Positions 12,880 through 26,700 of a stretch of DNA of 64,000 nucleotides are shown here, piece by piece. The DNA is taken from assembly GCF_964355755.1 (NCBI RefSeq), contig NC_092672.1:25736437-25800436 (forward strand), written 5' to 3'. Position 1 is the stretch's first letter. Each line of letters begins with the position of its first letter. Source of the stretch: Antedon mediterranea. Its lineage: Eukaryota > Animalia > Echinodermata. The position numbers and the translations under genes were made by a program. The notes beneath the pieces were generated by a model that saw nothing but the letters and a program-made list of their open reading frames with translations, made no database searches and was not told the origin of the DNA.

Positions 12880-14222
12880 ATCATCATTGACAATCATCAC
12901 CATCATCATTGACAATCATCACCATCATCATTGACAATCATCACCACCATCATTGACAATCATCACCACCATCATTGACAATCATCACCATCATCATTGA
13001 CAATCATCACCATCATCATTGACAGTCATCACCACCATCATTGACAATCATCACCACCATCATTGACAATCATCACCATCATCATTGACAATCATCACCA
13101 TCATCATTGACAGTCATCACCACCATCATTGACAATCATCACCACCATCATTGACAATCATCACCATCATCATTGACAGTCATCACCATCATCATTGACA
13201 ATCATCACCATCATCATTGACAATCATCACCACCATCATTGACAATCATCACCACCATCATTGACAATCATCACCACCATAATTGACAGTCATCACCATC
13301 ATCATTGACAGTCATCACCATCATCTTTGATAATCATCACCATCATCATTGACAATCATCACCATCATCATTGATAATCATCACCATCATCATTGATAAT
13401 CATCACCATCATCATTGATAATCATCACCATCATCATTGATAATCATCACCATCATCATTGATAATCATCACCATCATCACTGATAGCCATCATCATTGA
13501 AACCATCACCATCATCATTGACAATCATCACCATCATCGTTGATAATCATCACCATCATCGTTGATAATCATCGCCATCATTAGTGATAATCATCGCCAT
13601 CATCGATGATAATCATCACAATCATCATTGATAATCACCACCATCATCATTGACAATCATCACCATCATCATTGATAATCATCACCATCATCATTGATAA
13701 TCATCACCATCATCATTGGCAATCATCACCATCATCATTGATAATCATCACCATCATCATGCCATCACCATCATCATTGACAATCATCACCATCATCATT
13801 GATAATCATCACCATCATCATTGATAATCATCACCATCATCATTGACAATCATCACCATCATCATTGATAGTCATCACCATCATCGTGCCATCACCATCA
13901 TCATTGAAACCATCACCATCATCATTGATAACCATCAACATCATCATTGATAACCATCATCATCATCATTGTCAATAATCACCATCATTGAAACCATCAC
14001 CATCATCATTGAAACCATCACCATCATCATTGTCAATAATCACCATCATTGAAACCATCACCATCATCATTGATAACCATCATCATCATCATTGATAACC
14101 ATCATCATCATCATTGATAACCATCATCATCATCATTGATAACCATCACCATCATTATTGATAACCATCACCATCATCATTGATAACCATCACCATCATC
14201 ATTGATAACCATCATCATCAAT
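12880..14222. repeat. 22-bp minisatellite (catcattgacaatcatcaccat)n, about 60 units
   Basis: The ttga motif recurs every 22 bp (12887, 12909, 12931...) on a (CAT)n background. Confidence 0.95.
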
Positions 14223-17200
14223 CTCCTTAATAACATTACCTGTACCAATTTCTTGGTTTCTATTTGTCTTGTCCTCATTGTTTAAATGTCAGTATAAAAT
14301 GCAAGAAATGTTTATATTGTGATTTTTTCAATTTGTCGCCCCCATGAAACATGAAGCTTGTAAATGTTCGTGCCTATTGGCAATATTCAATACTCTTCCA
14401 TTCATTGTTTTCTTCACTAAAGTGTAAACCTTGAAAAATGGTGTTAAAAGTTTATGAAAATCAGTCCTCTTGTTACTGGACAGTCTTTGAGTTGGTTTGT
14501 TAAATACAAGTGAATAATTGACAACAATACAACACTCTTCTATATTGTTTGTTTCAATATTTAATTATATTTTTTTCTAATGATTCTGTAGGTACAAAAT
14601 AGAAAGACGATTCTATTGTCTTTGCCTTTACGTTTTGCTGTATATTGCACAGAAACATACATGATGGTATTGGTTATGAATGAATTGTAGATACAACGTT
14701 AGCATGTTGTTTGATTTTGGGAAAGCAACTTGAACAGGAAGAATGATAGGCAACAGCCATGAAATCCACTCCTGTATGAAAGCAGATCAGGTGACCTTGT
14801 TATTGGTTTACAAATACCTATTTCACATTTGTTTGCATATAAGAAAATATGAAAAATGGTGATTTTGAAAAAGAATGAAAGAGCAACTAGATCGAAGTCT
14901 ACATTTTTAGAAATACATTTCTGTAAGATCATATTTGTTAATGTTAGATGGATGACAGATGAATTAAGATTTAATATTAAAGCTTTTGTTTAAATGATGA
15001 GCTTACATAATAACACATTGTTGCAAAACATTATACTTCATATTAAAAATAGAAATAATATTAATATTAACCATGACTATAAATAGGAACCTAAATAAAG
15101 TGCGAGGTCAAGAGTGTTTATCAAGCTTTTAAGCTTGACCTATGACCATGTCATTTTTCAAATATAGGCCTAGATAGTTTTTGCTGTGACTTACTGTGTA
15201 GTGTAAACGAATTTGTATAATCATGGAGTAAAGGATTGCTCCATGTAATTATTACACCCAATGTGAATGTTCTTTAAATTAACTGAACTTACTAAAAATG
15301 TGTTTATAACATAACAATATCTATCAAGTAAATGATTTTACAATGGAATTGTTTCATAACAAAAACATTTATTTACAGAATGTTGAAACTTTTTAGTAAG
15401 TAGTAAAGAAAAGGATTATTCACAATTCCTGTTTTGTGGCATCCTGTGTTGGTTTTATTTATTGTTGTCAATGTCAATACAGTAAGTTACAATGTTCTGG
15501 ATAGTTAGTGTGAAGTATTAAAGAAACAGTTTACTTTATCTTAGTCTTAAATCGTATTTCTATTCTTACTATTAAACAAACTTGTTGGAGATCCAAAATT
15601 GTAGAATTATAAAAATAGAACCCAAACAGTAAAGACAAAAGAATACTGTTTTGTTTATGCATTAATTTTTATCAAATCAATCTTCATCCTTATTTGTAAC
15701 AACTCCCTGTTTGTAAACTCTCTAGTAACTAAAGATGGATACATTTACATATTTTGTACTCAACGACTATATTTTAGTATGGTTATACATTTTACGTACT
15801 GTAGGCCTACTATAGTTAGAACAGTTGTTTAGCTTGCTGCCCTAACATTTTTTTATAAATATATAAAATAAATAGGAATTGTAAAGCTGTAACATGTTTT
15901 TTGTTGTTGTAAAGATAGCTTTTTCAATTAAAGTTAAATGTTTATGTTTGTAAAACAAATTGGGAAACACATTTTAACATAGAAACCGATTGGTCACTGA
16001 AGTGGAAAATAAAAAGGTAGTTAAGATAATAAACTTAAACAGTTGTATCACTCCCATCAAAATATGGCTCTTTAAATGGACAATTATTAACACAGATACT
16101 TGCCTGAAATGTAGTAGAGGATGATGCACTGAAGAAAAGGCATTATAAAAACTATAGTAACGTTTATACTGTACACAAATTTGGTATCGAAGTAAATTTT
16201 CGATATATTGTGATCGGTACAGGAAACATGTATGTCGACCGCATTTTCTTGGATATCCTCTGTATTTACAAAGCACACATTAAACAATGTAAAGAAATGG
16301 ACGGCTCACTCTCCCATCTTTTTATGACTGAAAAATATAATAGCCTGTTAACATTGTTATATTTATGTAAATCTTATTATGCATATTATGTATTTGTATA
16401 AATACAGCGAGGTTACATAGTATTACTACTAGGGCCTACTGTTTAACACAAGAAACATAACGCAATATAAGGTTAACGCATGAGATGCTAAGCAACTAAT
16501 ATAACCATGGGACATAAACTAAACACAGAAGTAAGAAAAGCATTAGTTGTAACATTAAATCTTTCTTTTTCGTTTTGCGTATTTTATGAAATAATGTATC
16601 TATGCTTTATATATTTATGCGGGTATGTTATGCATTTGTGTGACATACAGTAGGCTATCGTACATCTGTAAAAAAGAAATATAGAGTATTAAAACAAATA
16701 ATTACATTACAGTAGTAAATTTATTTTCTGTAGTTCATTTTATTATTAAAGTTTTGAAAGTGTTAGATTAGAAGAGTATTAGAAAATGATTAAGTAATAG
16801 TGGATAATAAATAAAAAAAAAAATAAACAATCCGATTTTACGAACGTACTCATTGACTAAATTGTCGTGATCAAATTGCTATAAAGAGAAAGATATATAG
16901 AACAAAATCAGAATAACAATGGAATAGGAAGATGTATGGAAATAATGTAGTCCCCTTCTGATCTTTGAAGTGCTGTAGTGGTGAATGCCACAGAAGAGAG
17001 AAAAATAGGATATATTTTGTAGTGAAATACTGTACATACAAAAATTTTTTTTAAAAAGGACAACCCATTATGTCGGCATAGGCCTAAATGTGAGTAGTAT
17101 TTCCTTTATCTTGTTCTTTTTTTGGTGAAGGAGAACAACTCACCACTAACTTTTGCTGTTATCACACTTTCCTTGATACGTACACATTTTCTTCGCCAAA

Positions 17201-17970
17201 GGCACGTTATCTACTTTATATTAAGATGATTTGGCTATTATGGTTTCTTAATAATTACTTAATATTTGAAGTTCCACGTTTATTTTAATGAATATTCCTA
17301 TTTATATATTAAATATTTAGTTTAACATTTTGCATTGTCTTATTTTTGTCTACTTTTAAGATACAGTATATTGTCAGATCCCCTGAAAAATTAATTTAAT
17401 GCAAAAACATAGTTAAATTGGCTGCCAGCCATTGGGTTTTTGTTGAACTTCCGTTTATTTTGTCATTTTACAAGTGAAAACATTAATTTTGTTAAAACTA
17501 CAAAGTGACATATTCTAAGACTGATTTTATAAATCTTCACTTGTCATGTTTTTGGACAATACATCATTTTTAAATAGAGTAGTTTAAAGTGTATAACGTT
17601 TGAATGAGCTAAACATATCCACTGATTCAAAATAATTTAATTGTCAAAAATTGTAACAGATAATCATGCTAACAATAGAGCAAATCAACAAAGTTACAGA
17701 CACATTTTGTCACATTACATTACCCTGGATACAGGTACACCTATTCAGGGCCGACAAAACTCACTTTCAGGGCCTGTTTCTGCTGCATAAAAAATAACCG
17801 GAATAAATTAAAATCGGTGTGAATAAATTAACTCCATTTTCTTGGCAGCAGAAACAGGACACATTTGTGGTAACCGGTTAAAAGGCAGCGCAAAATAACC
17901 GGTTAAAAACACCAATTTAAATCGGTGTTAGAACGCCGTTCTATCGCTGAGCAATTCTTAGCTGCAACAC

Positions 17971-19812
17971 CAGCGTTGCCAGCGATAAAATTTAAATTAT
18001 GCCGTATCCTGTCTCAAATAATGCCAGATTGGGAAAAATAATGCCAGATCCCCAAAATGTGGCCCTAATCAGCGCCACCAACGGTTGTATGTCTAATAAA
18101 CGTTTGTAAAACCCCAACTGACACAAAATAGGGCCTAAATTGTATCCCTATGTCGTTCAAAAATTGTATTTTTAGTTTTGTGAGTAATAATTCTAAAAAT
18201 ATCTAGGGTGCGAAAATGGTAATTGCAAATGACACAAACACCAACCCACGAACCCTTATCCCCCCCACCCCCCACCCCCCCCCACCTCCCCCCCCCACCT
18301 CCCCCAAAAAGAAAACTGTTACAGCCATGGGAAATTTAGAATTTTTGAGCTGAAATATGAGAGCTGCTCGATCTTTGCACTTAATTTCAAATATGAAAGG
18401 ATCTTAGCCCACCATAATTAGAAAATTATAATTTAAAATAGGAAATAAAAATATATATCTCAGCCCCACCATGGTTGATAAGAAAATTTTGAAAAATGCT
18501 CATGGCCGGAAATGCCACTTAATTTAAAAAATGAAATAAAAATATAGGCCTATTTATTAGTGTCTCCAGGATCTTAGCCCACCATAGTTCGAAAATGGCA
18601 ATTATAATTGAAAATAGGAAATCAAAATATATATTAAGTGTCTCCAGGACCTCAGCCCCACCATGGTTGGGACTGAGGTACAAAAATTTGGAAAATAGAG
18701 CTGCTCGATGGCCGGAAATGGCACTTAATTTCAGATATGAAATAAAAATATATTTATTAGTACCTCCAGGATCTTAGCCCACCATAGTTCGAAAATGGCA
18801 ATTATAATTTAAAATAGGAAATAAAAATATATATTAAGTGTCTCCAGGACCTCAGCTCCACCATGGCTGGTGCTGAGGTAAGAAAATTTGGGAAAAATAG
18901 AGCTGCTCAATGGGCGGAAATGGCACTTAATTTCAAATATGAAATAAAAATATATTTATTAGCACCTCCAGGATCTTAGCCCATCATAGTTTTGAAAATG
19001 GCAATTATAATTTAAAATAAGAAATAAAAATATATATTAAGTGTCTCCATGACCTCAGCCCCACCATGGTTGGGGCTGAGGTAAAAAAAAAATGGGAAAA
19101 ATAGAGCTGCTCGATGGGTGGAAATGGCACTTAATTTTAAATAAAAATTACCTCGCCCACATGGTCACTACAGGGGCTGAGAGGTGAAGAACATTTGGAA
19201 AAATAGGGTTGCTACGACGATGCAAATGGAACATAATTTGAAATATGGAAAACAAATTCTCCTAGAAGAAATTCTTTTTTAGTTACTGGAAATTGCCATT
19301 TCAAGGGTTGGGGTAGGGGTGCGGCCACTTATAATTATGAACTGAAACAACAAAACCCCTTTCATAATGTTTTCGTTCAATTGTCTCTATATCTGGGGAT
19401 CCAATAACCTGCATGATCTCTGAAATAGAGCAACATAATTGGCCAATAGCTAGCCTCTTCGGATTTGTTGTGCTGCCTATATCGCACACACGGTAGTTTT
19501 CGAGCAGCCTTCCTATCCGAAGAATCTATTTAAGTCCGAAACAAAAGGATGGAAGAACTATTGTACGGAAAACCCGAACAGATCTGTTTTGTACGATATG
19601 ATATTGTGTAAGGTGATATGTATTAAATTGCAAGATTAAACAAAATATTTTATTTTTGTTCTGTGGTATATCATTTTTTTGGTTGTTCAAAAAACACAAA
19701 ATTATGCCAGATTATGCTAAAAACGGCTAAATAATGCCGCGGCATTATGCCAGATGCCGTGGGCCTCTAAATAATGCCAAAAAGCATAATAATGCCAGAA
19801 ATGGCAACTATG
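17971..19812. mobile_element. hAT-like non-autonomous element with internal ~200-bp tandem repeats
   Basis: TIRs CAGCGTTGCCA / TGGCAACTATG. 8-bp TSD TGCAACAC at 17963-70 and 19813-20. Subterminal ATGCC repeats. GAGCTGCTC-containing units across ~18330-19240. Confidence 0.8.
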
Positions 19813-20123
19813 TGCAACACGAAATAACGGTTATTTGATTGACAGTTGTGACCCCGGGTCAGATACCGTCGCATACGATGTGTGTTTTCCTCGTGGTTTT
19901 GACAGTCGAACGAAGAAGTGAACATGTATGTGGATGAATGAAATCACAAGATATGTTATTCAGTTGTGGGGGGAGAGAAAGTACGGGGAAGGATGGCAGG
20001 CAATAGAAAAGAATCACAGATAATAAATAAGAGCATTTTTGCGAAAGTAAAAGAGGAGTTTGGGGTGGAGTTCCGGGGACTACCCAAGCTAAGCAATTTG
20101 AGGCGTTAGTACACGCTCGCGAA

Positions 20124-21372
20124 GGGTCCTATATAAACACCAAAACGGAAACAAAAGGAACTCAGAATGTTGCAAATACCTACCAAACGATAGTAGATAA
20201 TGGTTAATTAATTATGAAAACCCAAATTTGATAGCAAAAATCATCCGAATTTATGTTATAAACGATGAATTTAGCAACAAAAACTTAATCCAAACGAGCG
20301 TATTTATGGCACGCCCTTAGTGCCTTTAATAGGAGAACAATGAACATTCTTACTTTGATCGTTTTACATAATATAATTTTTTAGAAAAACATCACATCGA
20401 CCGAAAACAAAGGTAATCAGAGCCTTTGATAATATATTAAATATGATTTTATTAAGCATAGAAATGTGTTATTATTTATGTTAGTACATAAATATACGAA
20501 ATAATGTTCAATACTCATTATTTTATTAAAGGCACTATATGCGTGCGATATTCTATGACTTGGATACTCTCGTTTTTAAAGCCCCATTCCCTACGTTTTT
20601 GAGATCTAATTTAAGATCACAAACTATATTTAATGTAAAAATAATACTACATGGTCCTATTGCGATAACTTTTTTCGTCTTTAAACGGTTAAAAATGTGA
20701 AAAATAAATCGATTCTAATAATTATAGCGGCCCGCTATAAATCCCAAAATGCATTGCGCGCGGATTGATATTTTTGTTTTTCACCTGTAATTCGCCCACT
20801 TTTCGATCGATCGTGAAGCCAAAACAAATGGAAGACTCCTAACTTTTCAGCGAAAATACCGGGTTTTCCCCAATTTGTATCAACGGAGTCTGGCAAAAAT
20901 AGAAAGACAATTAATGCAGCAACTATACAACGTCAGGCTAGGTATATAGCTAGCGTACGATGTTCGTATGTTATCGATGTTTACCAGCTAGGCCTACAAA
21001 ACTAAGCCTAGCTAGGCTAGGCCTAAGACCGTCCACGAGAGGTCGATCGCCGCGAGCTACTTAGGTATAGTGCATTGTTTCTCACTTTTTATCATAATTT
21101 ACCATAAAACGTACATTTAAGACAAGGAATGACATGGTTTAATGTTTTTAAAGTGATATATATGTATTATTTTCCAAAAAACGTCCAAAATTGCAGGGAA
21201 GGGGTCTTTAAGTTTTTGTGGCTAAACTCATCGTTTTTAACATAAATTCGGACAATTTTTGCTATAAAAGTTGGGTTTTCATAATTAATTAACAATTATC
21301 TACTCTCGTTTGGTAAGTATTGCAACATTCTGAGTCTCGTTTTTGTTTCCGTTTTGGTGTTTTGTAGGACCG
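20124..21372. mobile_element. MULE (Mutator)-type foldback MITE
   Basis: Inverted arms of at least 165 bp starting GGGTCC. 10-bp TSD CGCTCGCGAA at 20114-23 and 21373-82. Confidence 0.8.
20580..21207. mobile_element. Kolobok-type MITE inserted in the right arm of the MULE
   Basis: TTAA|AGCCCCATTCCCTAC ... GCAGGGAAGGGGTCT|TTAA. The MULE arm continues on both sides. Confidence 0.65.
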
Positions 21373-21978
21373 CGCTCGCGAAAGACAACAGTCGTTCACG
21401 TGGGAAGGGCCGTATGTCATCGCCTTTGTTGAGGATAAAAATTATCCTAGTTTAGGCGATCGGGCGCTGCACGACCCTCCCCATCATGTTCTTGAAGGCG
21501 CCATGAGAATTAATTTTATTAGCGATGTAAGTAGGCTTTACAAAAAACAAAACTTGTAGACCTGGAGACAACATTTTATTTTTTTAACATGTTTGAGTGA
21601 GATGTTCGGCGATATAATACACACGTGTGTACTCACGACGTCGATGTAAACAAACAGCCAACTTCTACTTCCGTCTGAGTGTATTGCATTTTGGGTAATG
21701 ATGACGTTTTGCTCGACGACCACCCATAGAATTTAACCGGTTATTTCGGAGCACAAATTGAGCAGAAACGCGGTCTTGTTATTGTTATCTATTTTTAATC
21801 TATTTTAAAATAACCGGTTAAATTGCGTTATGCAGCAGAAACAGACCCTCAGTAAAATATACAGTAGGCCTACTTATGCCACCCAGTATGGTTTTCTGTC
21901 TGAAAGGTAAAATGACGATTTAACTCCCTGAAGCATTATTTGTTAAGACAAAATCATGGTCATCATAACATTTAATTG

Positions 21979-22596
21979 ACCAAGTTTGCGTTCGCCATGA
22001 TTTTACTTAAACCAAGTTTGCGTCGCCATAATTTCACTTATTCCAAGTTTGCGTCACCATGATTTTACTTAAACCAAGTTTGCGTCGCCATGATTTCATT
22101 CAAATTAAGTTTGCGTCGACATGATTTTACTCAAATTAAGTTTGCGTCGCCATTATTTTACTCAAACCAAGTTTTATTTATAGGTCCATGCTTAAACCAA
22201 GTTTGCGTCGCCATAGCCTAATTTTACTCAAACCAAGTTTGCGTCGCCATAATTTCACTTCAAGTTTGCGTTGCCACATTTTTATTTACTGTTAAACCAA
22301 TTTTGCGTTGCCATAATTTTACCTTAACCAAGTTTGCGTCTCCATGAATTTACTCTCAAATTAAATTTGCGTCGCCATAATTTCACATAGGCCTAAACTA
22401 ATTTTGCGTTTCCACATTTTTACTTTTTGTAGGCCTAAACTAATTTTGCGTTGCCACATTTTTACTTACTGTAGGCCTAAACTAATTTTGCGTTTCCACA
22501 TTTTTACTTACTGTAAACTAATTTTGTAGTTTCTAATAAGTTTTCGTCACCATAATTTAAACCAAGTTTGTGTTTCCATATTTTTACTTAAACCAA
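21979..22596. repeat. ~30-bp degenerate minisatellite (ccaagtttgcgtcgccatgattttacttaaa)
   Basis: About 18 units with a conserved tttgcgt core. Confidence 0.9.
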
Positions 22597-23772
22597 CCTT
22601 TTTGAGAAATGTTCTACCTTTGTAATCTCTACGTACACCGCAGCCAACATCTTAAAATGTCATAACTTAAAGATGGAAGCGGACACTACAGAGTGTGTTG
22701 TGAAACAAATGATACAAAATACACGTAGGCCTATATCATTGAATGAACATTTGCATTGTTTTCCCCGAGTACCGTAAACAATAATATCACTATAAAAAAC
22801 AGATTCTGATTAAACACAGAATGGACAGATGACTGGCTTCTTATGTTATTTTTAATTATTAAAAGATTTACCGTGTGAAAAGCCACACGGATAAATGTTG
22901 TTGGATATCGACACAAACAGCAATGACAGCAACTTTATCGGGTGTCACGAAAGCTCAGACCCCCTAAGACCTAAGATCACGAAAGCTAAGACCCAACACC
23001 TAAGATTACAAATACTAAGATATACTACAGCTTAAAAACAATACTTGTTTATCCATACATAATTTTAAACACAGTAGGTTTCATTTATTACCATAAATAT
23101 AATTTAATACTACCGCAAAACATAGATAAACTCACATTATTTTCGCCCGTTGAGTAAATGTATATTTTTTCTTTACAACAAACAAACTTGACGGGTTGTT
23201 TGTTGGTATATATTTACTCCATTGTGTTGGTTCAGAGGATGTTTTTCTTACGCACCTGCCTTTCTTGTATTTTGACTCCAAATTTGTTGACTAACTTTAT
23301 CCTGAACACTATAGTTCACTATGTCGGTCGGTCGGTCTGTCTGTCGGTCCGGTATCACTATGCGTTTTAGCACGCGACTCATGGCTGTTGTTGGCCTTGT
23401 TTGTAGACGTGTTGATTATGCGTGTAATAGCGTGTTGTATAAACTAAAAATTATTGTCTATTATCGTCGATCGTTATCGTCCTAGTGTGAATGGGCCTTT
23501 AACCTGGTTGAAGCACATAATGCGACCAGATATGTATATTCAAGTAGTCGGACCCTTGTGAAAAGTGACGTCAATTGCGAAATAAAGTCTTATCTCTGAA
23601 TATCTTGAATTCTGGAGTTGTAATGGTATTTATAAAACTAGTAATAACATAATAGCATAAAACAAAAACGTATACGCACAATTTTTTAAGTGAAAAAATA
23701 ATAATTTAATAACTGACAAACAAAAATAAATTGTGGAATCTACGGATTTTTAAAAGTGTTAATAAAGTATTG

Positions 23773-26700
23773 CTAAATAGGCCTATGAGGCTTATGCCTC
23801 TTAATTGGATATCTTTTTGGTGTAGATACTGGTCTAGGTTTATAGAATTTTGATCTTGAATGATATCTGTTATCATATTTTGACATCATTGAAATCATTG
23901 CTGCGCGTCTAATTGTTCCTGTAAACTGTTCATCGCTCAGTAACATATATCTACAAGTTTGTCCAGATACTGGGTTCACTTTGTACGTGTATGCTCTGTG
24001 ATCTACTAGTGGCCTATCGTCTAGCATCGTACAATCACTAAATGTTGAATTCAATTTATCATCAAATTCCTTTAAATCTTTTTTAAAATCTGGACCGTAC
24101 TCTGCAACTTTTTGCCAAAATGTTTTGTTGAAAAAATCGTAGAGTATTACGTCTGCGGAATTCCAATCACGTGATTTTTGTTTCAGATTATCCGAGAGAC
24201 CGAAACGCAAGTTTGTAACTCTCACTCCTTTAATAATGTATAAAATATCATCCATGTCCCAACACAAAAGCTTTTTAAGCAAAAGTAGAGACTCGTTAAA
24301 ATATTCCTGTAGAAGAACCAGGCTAAATTCCCGTGCTATGGTTTTAATGTGCAACTGAACTTTATCAACATTCGAATGTTCAGAAGGATCGAGACCCAAA
24401 TCGTACAATAAAGGATTTTTTAAATAGTTTCGCATCGAGAACTTCTCATATTTATCTAAGAAATATTGCGGTTTAGATATAAATTGCTCGAATGGGTTTG
24501 CCCGTTGTGATAAATTCAAATGTCGAAAAATTTGGAAGTATCCGAAAATGGATTCCGCTTGCGTTGCCGGATCGCGTAAAATGGTGATGTACTTTGTGTC
24601 TGGTTTCATCACGGCATCCATCTCTTTCCGATTGTATCGAACGTGGTTCACCAGCATATCGTACTTCCTACGAACGATAGGACGTTTATATAAGCCTGCA
24701 CTAATCACATGACCTTGACTTGGAAGAACAAAACTTAAGTTACGAAGAAATCCAAATCTTTGAAATATAGATGTTATAGTTGAACTTCCGGTTTTGTGCG
24801 TCTTTAGAAACACAATGCGCGTAGATGGTTTGCATTTGCTGCTATCTGACGTTTCTCGAATACCGTTTGATGCATTTGTTTGTTTAATACTATTTGTTGA
24901 AATGACTTGTTTGTCAATGCGATCCACAACGTTTGGTTTCAGCATTGTAGGCATACCTCTCTTCGAGTTTTTGCTAATCGATGTTACATTGATGAGTTTT
25001 GGAGGCGACGGAGTTACTTCTTGGTTTCCTGAAACATGTTTCGCAGCTTTACCTGTACTTCCATTTGTCTTGCCTGTTACAAGAGGATCTTTTGAAGAAT
25101 TTTGAAGATTAGCAAGCTTTCGTTCATTCTCACTAACAACAATACCATCTATTTTTACCTTCTCGATTTGAGAACCTATTTTATCAGCTGTCAAAACCTT
25201 CGTGTCGTTTCCTTTTAAATGACTTGTAGAATTTTCACTTTGATTTCCTGATCGATAGTTTGTTTCTAAACTGTTAACTTGTTTTGAATCTGGATGAGAT
25301 TCAGTTCTCAATACAGCTGACGTCACAGTTTGAGTATCGTTTCTTTTAACATCACTGTCATTGACAACATCATGTGTTTTAAAATGATTGTCATGTGATG
25401 ATGTTTTTGGAAAAGTTGTCGTATTCTTTCCTTTATTGTATTCAGCTAATAATCGGTTGTTATTTTGAAGAAGCGTAGGTCTACTGCTATTGTGACTTTT
25501 ACCAAATTCTTGCTCAATTCTAAATGAAGATAAAAAAAGATGAAAACACGAATCATTAGAAATGTTGGTCTATTGTCTTTTTGTGTATTGACAACAAGAT
25601 TTTGTCAATAATATGATTGTGTAGGAACAGGTAGGTAGTCACATCTGTCGACAACAGCCAAACACATTACAATGCCTGTGCATTTTGTATTCTACTTAAG
25701 TAACAATACATTTAATTAATACGTTTAACTGAATGTAATAGGAAGTAAATGGTAAATTAGCTTGCCATGATGGTTGTATTGTCACGCAAGCTGTTACATT
25801 ATATTAATGTAATTAAATTAGTAATTAAAATGCGAACTAAATACGACTTTTTGCATAAAGATGACGTAAACGTTTTAATTATGAGGTTCGCATTAATAAT
25901 GTTTGTTATCCATTTCTGTTTGCCACCGAACCGATTTTTCTCATTTTGTAGCGAATTGACCAATTGCTATCGAGAGTTTGGATGACCCAGGGCTTATGAT
26001 TGGTCCTTGCGTTGCGTCTCTAGTGTGAATGGTTCACAGTAGGTCAGTTTTATTTTTGTAAAAGCAGTCAGTTTTGGTTCGTTGGGCAGACAATCCGACT
26101 ATGTGTGAACCCATTCGGCCTAATTATAAGATCTGATTTGTCATCTTTAAAATTGCCCAAGTTATACAGTAGCCGTTGGGCTTGTATTCTGATATCTGCT
26201 AAAATACTCTTTATTTTATCGATTTTTGTGACTTTTATAAATCAACATAATTGCAAAGCTCTTAACAATAACAAGGTCATTCACATGGATACGATGATTT
26301 TAATTGACAACAAAGTAGACGACTTTCAAGAAAAAAGAAGGAGAAAAGACTGATTTTCTGCTTAATAGAAACAGGCCCTAAGATGCTTGTCAGACTAGCG
26401 TGTGTTTCAAATGGTGGAACATGACATTTGTAAACACATTTGACACACTACAGTGCAATACATACCTTTGCACATACATGACGATTATAAATATAATAAT
26501 TAAAATAGATAAATAATAAGTTAGTACTTCTATCATAATTATTAATTACGGAAACCATTGTATAGAAATGTGATATACATTTGAGTACACGCCCCCTCGA
26601 ATAAACGCCCTGCCACATGCATTATACACACACTATTGAATTACAACACATTTTTTATTTAGTAGAATTCATGATCTACAAATTATTAACAAAAATTTTT

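Larger units (their letters stand above)
17770..21848. mobile_element. PIF/Harbinger-type non-autonomous element hosting nested insertions
   Basis: TIRs GGGCCTGTTTCTGCTGCATAA / TTATGCAGCAGAAACAGACCC. 3-bp TSD TCA at 17767-69 and 21849-51. Subterminal TAACCGGTTA repeats. Confidence 0.8.

Noticed and set aside
12880-14222. CRISPR array or His-rich protein
   Set aside because: Contiguous tandem units with no unique spacers. The 22-bp period shifts the frame and brings in TGA stops. Eukaryotic context with no cas genes.
21979-22596. CRISPR-like repeat-spacer array
   Set aside because: Segments between the cores are short and homologous to each other, so this is a degenerate minisatellite.
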